From Eubacteriales bacterium (lineage in GTDB: Bacteria > Bacillota > Clostridia > Oscillospirales > SIG627): a DNA stretch of 64,000 nucleotides. Below the pieces are notes generated by a model. The model made no database searches. It was given only the letters and a program-made list of their open reading frames with translations, and was not told the DNA's origin. Every line of letters begins with the position of its first letter. Positions within the stretch are counted from its first letter, which is position 1. This document shows, piece by piece, positions 18,510-25,417 of the stretch. The translations under genes and the position numbers were made by a program. Location: positions 21,066 to 85,065 of the forward strand of contig JAZOLO010000006.1 in NCBI GenBank assembly GCA_045653035.1, read 5' to 3'.

Positions 18510-18986
18510 CTATCCCTCGCTTGGGAAATCCATTTTTAATTTTTCTCTTGCGCGTGACAGTCTCATTTTAACGGCGGAAACCGAAATTCTCAGAATCCTT
18601 GCCGTTTCTTCAACGGAATATCCTTCATAGTAATGTAACAGTATCGGCGTTTTGTAAATATCCTCAAGCTCAAGCACCTGTCTTGTTATATCACCGCTTC
18701 CCGCCTCTTCAAAGACGGTGAGCGCTTCTTCAAGAGGGGCGTGGCTTCTTATTTTCCGCCGTCTTGCCATATCGTGGCAGAGATTTACGGTAACTCTTAT
18801 AAACCAAGCCTTTTCATGCTCCTCCGAGAAGAAATGAAAAACAGAGTTCATGTACTTTATAAATACATCGTGAACCGCATCCTCCGCATCCTCTTTGTTC
18901 AGAAGGTGGGAGAGGGCAATTCTGTATAGCATGTTGGAGTACTTACTGTAAACGGCTTCAAACTGTCCCAAATCGGAACGGCTCAT
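18510..18986 (-). CDS. ECF-type sigma-70 family RNA polymerase sigma factor
   Basis: 158 aa. Region 2 (DAEDAVHDVFIKY) and region 4 HTH (YEGYSVEETARILRISVSAVKMRLSRAR). Confidence 0.85.
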   Translation of the reverse strand: MSRSDLGQFEAVYSKYSNMLYRIALSHLLNKEDAEDAVHDVFIKYMNSVFHFFSEEHEKAWFIRVTVNLCHDMARRRKIRSHAPLEEALTVFEEAGSGDITRQVLELEDIYKTPILLHYYEGYSVEETARILRISVSAVKMRLSRAREKLKMDFPSEG

Positions 18987-19093
18987 TTGTACCTCCTAAC
19001 CTTAATACGAATGAGAATGCAAAAAGGTCACAAATTTTTCAAAAATATTTTACCATATTTTTCTTATTTTGGCAAGTACCATTATGGTTTGTC

Positions 19094-19122
19094 TTGAAAG
19101 TCTAAAAAAACTGTGATAAAAT
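19094..19122 (+). promoter_or_regulatory. Sigma-A type promoter of copA
   Basis: TTGAAA-17 nt-TAAAAT. Confidence 0.5.
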
Positions 19123-19156
19123 TAAAATATAAATAGATTTATTTAAAGGGTGTATA

Positions 19157-21355
19157 ATGCAAAAGAAATTTACAGTTGAAGGAATGAGCTGTTCTGCTTG
19201 TTCCGCATCGGTGGAGCGTGTTGTTTCACGCATTGACGGAGTGGACAGTGCATCGGTTGACCTCATTTCAAAAACACTTATCTGCTTGTATGACAGTGAA
19301 AAGGTAAGTGAAGAAAAAATTATAAACGCTGTATCCATGGCAGGCTTTTCAGCAACCGTAAAAAATGAAATAAAGGTGGCAAGAGAAGAAAAAGAGGAAC
19401 TTACTCCTGTGAGAACAAGACTTATTGTATCCACACTTTTCCTTATTATCCTAATGTATATTTCTATGGGACACATGATTTCTCTGCCCTTGCCAAACAT
19501 TTTCGACAATGCAGTTATCTTTGCAACCTTTCAGCTTATTTTAACGTTTCCCGTTGTATACGTGAACAGAAAGTTCTTTTTTATGGGCTTCCGTGCACTG
19601 AAAAACGGCTCGCCCAATATGGATACTCTCGTTGCGGTAGGCTCTCTTGCAGGTGTTATTTACGGAATTTTTGCAATATTCATGATAGTATTCGGGGATA
19701 CGGAAACGGTTCACCTTTATAGACATAATCTATATTTCGAGTCCTCGGCGATGATTTTGACCCTTGTGACACTGGGTAAGTTCTTCGAGTCACGCTCAAA
19801 GGACAGAACGGGTGAGGCACTACGTGGACTTGAATCACTCTCACCTGAAAGGTCATACGTTTTAATAGATGGCAAAGAGGTGGAAATTCTCACCGCTGAT
19901 ATAAAGGCAGGGGATACGGTGGTACTCCGCCCCGGCTCAAGAGTGCCTGTCGATGGAATTATCACAGAGGGAAGTGCATCCTTTGACGTGTCAGCGCTTA
20001 CGGGCGAGAGTATGCCTGTTGACAAAGAGGAGGGGGACGAGGCGGTCTGTGCTTCTCTTGTGCTTGACGGCAGAGTGCTGATAAAGGCAACAAGAGTAGG
20101 AGAGGAAACAACTCTTTCAAGGATAATCGACCTTGTTGAAACGGCAGGTGCTTCAAAGGCAAGAGTTTCAAGGCTGGCAGACAAGATAAGCAGAATATTC
20201 GTGCCCTCGGTTATGGCGATATCTGCCTTAACGCTCATCATTTGGCTTATTCTCGGAAAGAGCTTTGACTTTTCTCTTTCCCGTGCCTTGTCGGTGCTCG
20301 TTATATCCTGTCCCTGTGCCTTGGGACTTGCCACTCCCGTTGCTATAACGGTATCGGTGGGAAGGCTTGCAGGTGAGGGAATACTTGTAAAATCGGGAAA
20401 CTGGGCAGAAGACCTGACAAACGTCAAAACTGCAATCTTTGACAAGACGGGCACTGTTACAACGGGTGAAATGTCGGTTTCGGATATTCTTTTTGACGGC
20501 GATAAAGATGAAATTTACGGCATTGTAAAGGGTCTTGAAGAAAAAAGCGAGCATCCTCTTGCAAAAGCTATAACAGAGTATATGAAAGAAGTAACGCCAC
20601 GGGAGATTGGTGACTTCAAGGCGGTATCGGGAAGAGGCGTTGAGGGGGTATATCAGGAGAAAAAAGTATATTGCGGAAATATATCCTTCATGAAAGAAAA
20701 GGGGGTAGAGCTCGGCTCTTTTGAAAACATCTCTGAAAGCCTTTCAAAAGAGGGCAAAACCGCAATGCTCTTTGCTATTGAAAATAGAGCTGTCGGAGTT
20801 ATCGCTATAAAGGATACGGTGAAGCCCGATGCCAGGGAAACTGTATCGGCACTTAAAAAGCTTGGCATAAAGACAGTACTTCTCACAGGCGACAACAGAT
20901 ACACCGCTGAGGCGGTGGCAAAAGAGGTTGGCTTTGACGAGTGGGTGTCCGAGGTCATGCCCGAGGATAAAGAAAAAACAGTCAGAGAATATAAGAAAAA
21001 CGGTGCCGTTCTTATGGTGGGTGACGGTATAAACGACTCACCCGCACTTGCGGCGGCGGATGCTTCTATTGCAATCGGTACGGGTACTGATATTGCCATT
21101 GATGCGTCAAGTATTATTCTCATGTCAAAAGAACTAAAGGGCGTTGTAAGAGTTGTGACCTATGCAGGAGAAACCTTTAAAAACATAAAAGAGAATTTAT
21201 TCTGGGCATTCTTCTACAATACTCTCGGAATTCCTCTTGCGGCAGGGGTATTTTACTTTGCGGGAATACTGCTCTCTCCCATGATAGGGGCTGCGGCAAT
21301 GAGCTTTTCTTCGGTTTTTGTTGTAACAAACGCACTAAGGCTATATAGGAAATGA
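19157..21355 (+). CDS. copA: Copper-translocating P1B-type ATPase
   Basis: N-terminal HMA domain (GMSCSACSASVERV), CPC (SCPCALGLATP), DKTGT, and GDGINDSPAL. Confidence 0.95.
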   Translation: MQKKFTVEGMSCSACSASVERVVSRIDGVDSASVDLISKTLICLYDSEKVSEEKIINAVSMAGFSATVKNEIKVAREEKEELTPVRTRLIVSTLFLIILMYISMGHMISLPLPNIFDNAVIFATFQLILTFPVVYVNRKFFFMGFRALKNGSPNMDTLVAVGSLAGVIYGIFAIFMIVFGDTETVHLYRHNLYFESSAMILTLVTLGKFFESRSKDRTGEALRGLESLSPERSYVLIDGKEVEILTADIKAGDTVVLRPGSRVPVDGIITEGSASFDVSALTGESMPVDKEEGDEAVCASLVLDGRVLIKATRVGEETTLSRIIDLVETAGASKARVSRLADKISRIFVPSVMAISALTLIIWLILGKSFDFSLSRALSVLVISCPCALGLATPVAITVSVGRLAGEGILVKSGNWAEDLTNVKTAIFDKTGTVTTGEMSVSDILFDGDKDEIYGIVKGLEEKSEHPLAKAITEYMKEVTPREIGDFKAVSGRGVEGVYQEKKVYCGNISFMKEKGVELGSFENISESLSKEGKTAMLFAIENRAVGVIAIKDTVKPDARETVSALKKLGIKTVLLTGDNRYTAEAVAKEVGFDEWVSEVMPEDKEKTVREYKKNGAVLMVGDGINDSPALAAADASIAIGTGTDIAIDASSIILMSKELKGVVRVVTYAGETFKNIKENLFWAFFYNTLGIPLAAGVFYFAGILLSPMIGAAAMSFSSVFVVTNALRLYRK

Positions 21356-21530
21356 ATTGGCTATGGCGTGAATTGAGCTAAAGCTCATGAATTGACGGCT
21401 CTGCCGTCATGAATTGAAGGCGTTGCCTTCGTTTAGAAAATTTCCTAAATGGAGCGAAGCGAGAAATCATGTACCGAAGGTGCAAATCATGCGATGAAGC
21501 AAATCATGACACGAAGTGTCAAATCATTAA
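21352..21530 (+). repeat. Periodic hairpin array in the copA-copZ spacer
   Basis: Four (A/G)TGAATTG motifs (21352, 21368, 21387, 21409) are each followed by a different 4-5 bp hairpin. A central TTTAG-AAAATTTC-CTAAA hairpin comes next. Then four AAATCAT(G/T) motifs (21464, 21484, 21501, 21521) alternate with small hairpins, the two clearest having GAA loops. Confidence 0.75.
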
Positions 21531-21547
21531 ATTAAAAGGAGAATATT

Positions 21548-21739
21548 ATGGAAAAAATTATCAAAGTAGAGGGAATGCACTGTGAGCATTGCTCAGCAAG
21601 AGTTAAAAAGGGGGTTGAAGCCCTTGGTATAGAATGTGATATCGACCTTTCAAAGGGTGAGGTCAAGGTCATAGGTGAAAGCCTTGACGATAAGGTGTTG
21701 AAGGATACGATAGAGGCTCTGGGGTTTATAGTTAAATAA
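21548..21739 (+). CDS. copZ: Copper chaperone (HMA domain)
   Basis: 63 aa with a GMHCEHCSARVKK metal-binding motif. Confidence 0.9.
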   Translation: MEKIIKVEGMHCEHCSARVKKGVEALGIECDIDLSKGEVKVIGESLDDKVLKDTIEALGFIVK

Positions 21740-21748
21740 TAAAAAAAC

Positions 21749-21786
21749 AACCTGAACGTTTTTTCAACGTTCAGGTTTATTTTTTT
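21749..21786. terminator. Bidirectional terminator
   Basis: AACCTGAACGTT-TTTTC-AACGTTCAGGTT, with A-runs and T-runs on either side. Confidence 0.8.
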
Positions 21787-22456
21787 AGAATGACCAGCGA
21801 AGCATTGAGAATACAGTTGTTATGTACCAGTCACCGTCGATTTTAACGATAACCATGTCCTGCTCCATTGTATCTTCGTCTTCCTTGCCCTTAAGAGTAG
21901 CTTCAATCTCTACTTCAAGCGCTTTCTGTACACTCTTTTTCTTAATACCGTAGGATTCTTTAAGAGTGTCCTTAAGGTCATCAAGGTCGTCCTCGTCCAT
22001 TACTTCCTTGTCAAGCACCTTGTACTTAACCTTGATGTTTCTGCCGTAGTCGTCTTCAAGCTCCTCAAGCTCATTCTCAAACTGTTCTTCAAGCTGGTCC
22101 TTAATGTCCTTGAGCTTTATATCTCTGTCTTCTTCAAGCTTTTCCCAAAAATCTTCGGGAGCAAGCTTTTCAAGCTTGTTTATCTTGCCTTCAACTGTGA
22201 AGTCGAAGAAGTTGTCAATAGCCTTCTTGTAGCCGTTTCCTGCAATAGCAGAAATAATGAAGATTACAACTATAAGTGCAACAACTGCACCTGCAAGAAT
22301 TGCAAGATTCTTCTTGTTAAGGCTTCTAGCCTTGTTTACGATTTTCTCAACGTTGGGGTTTACTGTTGCGGGAGCCGCAGGGTTCTTTGTTCCGCAAAAA
22401 GCACAATTAGAAGCGTTTTCTTCAAAGGGCTTTCCGCATTTAGGACAAAATGCCAT
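21785..22456 (-). CDS. Zinc-ribbon membrane protein, unknown function
   Basis: N-terminal CPKCG...CAFCG zinc ribbon, one TM segment, and a charged extracytoplasmic domain. Confidence 0.65.
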   Translation of the reverse strand: MAFCPKCGKPFEENASNCAFCGTKNPAAPATVNPNVEKIVNKARSLNKKNLAILAGAVVALIVVIFIISAIAGNGYKKAIDNFFDFTVEGKINKLEKLAPEDFWEKLEEDRDIKLKDIKDQLEEQFENELEELEDDYGRNIKVKYKVLDKEVMDEDDLDDLKDTLKESYGIKKKSVQKALEVEIEATLKGKEDEDTMEQDMVIVKIDGDWYITTVFSMLRWSF

Positions 22457-22521
22457 AATTATATCCTCCTGAAAATATTAAATTTCTGTAACTTAATTGT
22501 ATCATATTATTCTCACTTTTG

Positions 22522-23553
22522 TCAACATCTTTTTAGCTTTTCCGACAAAAATGCAAGTAATGTCATGAGAGCAGAATACACTACTGCAAAAAGGAATACT
22601 GATGAGTCGGAAAAGGAGTACAGGTAATAATATGTGGGGAAAATCAGCTGTATGATAGAAAAGGATGAAGCGTTAAGAAAAATGGGTGATATAAAAAGTG
22701 ACGATACAGTGATAAGTGGCAAAATAACAGTAAAGGCAGAAAGCCTTGATATAGTGGTGAGAAGAAGCGTAAAGGAAAGAGAGGTAATAATAAGCACAAG
22801 AGCTCCTGATAGCTCACGTGTTACCCCTTCCCATATTCCCGTAAAGTAAAGGGAAATAATGAAAAAGAGGGAGGATGGGATAAGGGCTGACAGTATAGAC
22901 CAGATGGTAAGAAGCACTCTTTTTCCACCGTGAAAGAGTGAGAAGAGTCCTCTTTTTCTATCCTTTAAGGTGTAAAGGGCGGCGGCAAGAGCAGATAGCA
23001 TCACTATTACACAAAGAAGTCCTCTGACAGGGGACATAACGATATCGCTACGGCTTTCTCTCTTGTTTCCGTCAGCGTCAATTGTCACGATATCAACAAT
23101 GTGAGTATCCACGTTTTTATATGAGTAGTAGGAGTCAAGTGCCTCCCTTGAAAGAGTGTCACCTCCTTCAATATTCTTTTTCATGTATTCCTCGAAAAGT
23201 GTCTTTGAAAGGTCGGGAAATATAAGGCAGAAAAGCTTTTCACGGGTAAGCTTTGTGATTTCCGTTTCTTCAAGGTTGATAATACGCACCCTTTCGCCAA
23301 AGCACCAGAGGGTATCAATCTCTTTGTTCAAAAGTGCCGTTTTTCCCTCATCTTCACTTTCAAACTCCCAGAATTTTATAATCTCACTGTCCTTTAAAGA
23401 GGGGATTTCGCCAACATATCCAACGCTTACAACAGAAGAATCTCTTTTTGAAAACTCGTTTAAGGTAATACAGAAAAAAGGTATACAAAAAAGTATCAGG
23501 ATAAACGAAAGGTGCTTGAAGTTACGCTTTAGAAAGAGAAAAAACCACATCAT
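22522..23553 (-). CDS. ABC-2-type transporter permease-like membrane protein
   Basis: TM1, a large loop, then a cluster of 5 TM segments. The start overlaps the upstream gene's stop (23550-23553). Confidence 0.6.
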   Translation of the reverse strand: MMWFFLFLKRNFKHLSFILILFCIPFFCITLNEFSKRDSSVVSVGYVGEIPSLKDSEIIKFWEFESEDEGKTALLNKEIDTLWCFGERVRIINLEETEITKLTREKLFCLIFPDLSKTLFEEYMKKNIEGGDTLSREALDSYYSYKNVDTHIVDIVTIDADGNKRESRSDIVMSPVRGLLCVIVMLSALAAALYTLKDRKRGLFSLFHGGKRVLLTIWSILSALIPSSLFFIISLYFTGIWEGVTRELSGALVLIITSLSFTLLLTTISRLSAFTVILPLITVSSLFISPIFLNASSFSIIQLIFPTYYYLYSFSDSSVFLFAVVYSALMTLLAFLSEKLKRC

Positions 23554-24704
23554 AAAGCACCTCTTTTCGTACGCACTTTTCTTACAGTTACACTAAGTAA
23601 AAGGAAAAAAGCTATATATAAAAAGCATATTAAAAAAACACTTAAAATTTCACCCTTTTTAATAATACTTTCCGAAAGGGCAAAGGCTTTTCCCGTTGGA
23701 AGCACCGACGCTATTTTCCTTACTCCTTCTGGGAAGAAATAAGAGGGATAGAAATAGCCCGAAATATAGGCAAAGAGGAAGGAGGAGAAAAACTGTGTGA
23801 GAGTTCCTGCCACCACCGAGCCTGAAATTTCATAGATAAAAAACTGAAACGACGATAAAAGGGCAAGGGGCAAAACGAGGAACAGGGTGTTATTTACACC
23901 CAGTACAAGTCCCGCTATTACAGAAATAAAAAACGAAAAGGAACCTGTTATTATAAAAAATGCAGTCCATTCATAAATTATCTGACGGGTAACAGATACT
24001 CCTCTTGAAGAAAGGAGTATTGAAAGAGATAGATTTTCTTTTATCATATATCCCGACAGCGACATTCCGAGAATAAGGTGGAATACAAGCACCGCCGATA
24101 TAAAATAGTATTCAAAAAAAGTAGGGCTTTCTCTTTCAGATAGATTTTCCGTTTCAAAGAAATCTTCACGGGCAAGAATTTTTGATATGATGCTAAAGGA
24201 CATTTTTTCGGTTTCAGCAGTAAGCTTTTCCCGTTTACCGCTGTCCTTCAGAAATTGTCTCATGCCGTAGACAGCCCTTTGACTTTCGGTGAGGAGCACC
24301 GAAACGCTCTCAACTATCTCTCCTGTGAGAAGGTGAGAGAGGGAGGAGGGCTTCTTTAAAAGAACGTAAGAAAAAGGAACGTTCTTTCCTTTCATTGCCG
24401 ACTCAATGAAATTCTCGGGCACTACCGCATAGCCCTGTATCTCACCCGAAATAAGTCTTTTCTTCGCCTCGTCTTCGGAGAGCTGTACCGTTTCAAAATG
24501 CTCTGTTTCGCTAAGTATAGCTGAAGCCATATCAACGTAAAAATCGTCGGTATATGAAACAACACCGATTTTTTTAAGCTCCTTCCTGTCAGAAAAGGAG
24601 AGGAGCGAAAGAATTATGAGAATAAGGGTCAGTGAAATAAAAAGAATAGAGAAAAGAGAGGGGAGAAGTCTTTTTATGGATAGTGTAAAGTAGGTTTTTT
24701 TCAT
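23550..24704 (-). CDS. ABC-2-type transporter permease-like membrane protein
   Basis: Same topology as its neighbour. The start overlaps the ATPase gene's stop (24701-24704). Confidence 0.6.
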   Translation of the reverse strand: MKKTYFTLSIKRLLPSLFSILFISLTLILIILSLLSFSDRKELKKIGVVSYTDDFYVDMASAILSETEHFETVQLSEDEAKKRLISGEIQGYAVVPENFIESAMKGKNVPFSYVLLKKPSSLSHLLTGEIVESVSVLLTESQRAVYGMRQFLKDSGKREKLTAETEKMSFSIISKILAREDFFETENLSERESPTFFEYYFISAVLVFHLILGMSLSGYMIKENLSLSILLSSRGVSVTRQIIYEWTAFFIITGSFSFFISVIAGLVLGVNNTLFLVLPLALLSSFQFFIYEISGSVVAGTLTQFFSSFLFAYISGYFYPSYFFPEGVRKIASVLPTGKAFALSESIIKKGEILSVFLICFLYIAFFLLLSVTVRKVRTKRGAL

Positions 24705-25369
24705 AAGCTATCCACAAGCCTCTTTATATTTCCGTTAAACTCAAAAGGGGAAAGCTTTCCTTCTTTTAAAATAAAAATCTTATCACAAAGCTCAAATTCA
24801 CTTGTCTCGTGAGTTACAAGAATGGCAGTACCGCCCCTCCTTGTAAAGCTTTTAAGATAGTCCGCGATTTTCTCACGGCAGATAAGGTCAAGAGATGCCG
24901 ACGGCTCGTCGAGAAGCAGTATTTCAGGATTGTGTGCTACGGCACAGCCGATAGACAGCCTTTTCTTCATACCGCCCGACATTTTGTTAACTGGAGTTTT
25001 AATAAACTCATCAATACCAAGGCTTTTGAGGACTCCTTCTTCAAGCTCTTTTTCCATATCTTTTTTAGAATACCACAGCCTCAAATTATCAAAAGCCGAA
25101 AGCTCCTCCAAAAGAGGTGTAGACTGAGGCACGAAGCCCAGTACCTTTTCCCTTGCCTTTTTATTTTCAAAAAGATTTTTTCCTCCGTATAGAAAAGCAC
25201 CGCCGTCACCTTTAACTATTCCAGCGAGAATAGTGAGAAGTGTTGACTTTCCGCTTCCGTTACCTCCTATAATTCCGATGATTTCACCGGAGTCAGCCGA
25301 AAGGGATACTCCGTCAAGTACCGCCTTTTTGCCGTAGTTCTTTTTTATGTTAGTAATTTCTGTTTTCAT
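24701..25369 (-). CDS. ABC transporter ATP-binding protein
   Basis: Walker A GGNGSGKST, signature MSGGMKKR, Walker B LLLDEPSA. Start chosen at MKTEITN (ATG 25369). Confidence 0.9.
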   Translation of the reverse strand: MKTEITNIKKNYGKKAVLDGVSLSADSGEIIGIIGGNGSGKSTLLTILAGIVKGDGGAFLYGGKNLFENKKAREKVLGFVPQSTPLLEELSAFDNLRLWYSKKDMEKELEEGVLKSLGIDEFIKTPVNKMSGGMKKRLSIGCAVAHNPEILLLDEPSASLDLICREKIADYLKSFTRRGGTAILVTHETSEFELCDKIFILKEGKLSPFEFNGNIKRLVDSL

Positions 25370-25384
25370 AACTTTTCCCATATT

Positions 25385-25416
25385 CAAATAAAAGGGTGCG
25401 GAAAGCACCCTTTTAT
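25385..25416 (-). terminator. Terminator or attenuator hairpin between the 713-aa gene and the ABC genes
   Basis: On the minus strand, AAAAGGGTGC-TTTCC-GCACCCTTTT followed by ATTTG. Confidence 0.55.
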
Positions 25417-25417
25417 A

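Noticed and set aside
21352-21530. A CRISPR-like alternation of conserved repeats and variable sequences between copA and copZ
   Set aside because: The repeats are only 8-9 nt and the variable parts are 10-15 nt and self-complementary. There are just 4+4 units and no cas genes anywhere in the window. The architecture fits a structured RNA or repeat element, not a CRISPR array.
21468-21590. A 38-codon ORF (MYRRCKSCDEANHDTKC...) in the cop spacer that looks like a small CxxC peptide
   Set aside because: It arises from the repeated AAATCATG motif, whose ATGs fall in all three frames. It has no convincing RBS and runs out of frame into copZ, so it is most likely fortuitous.
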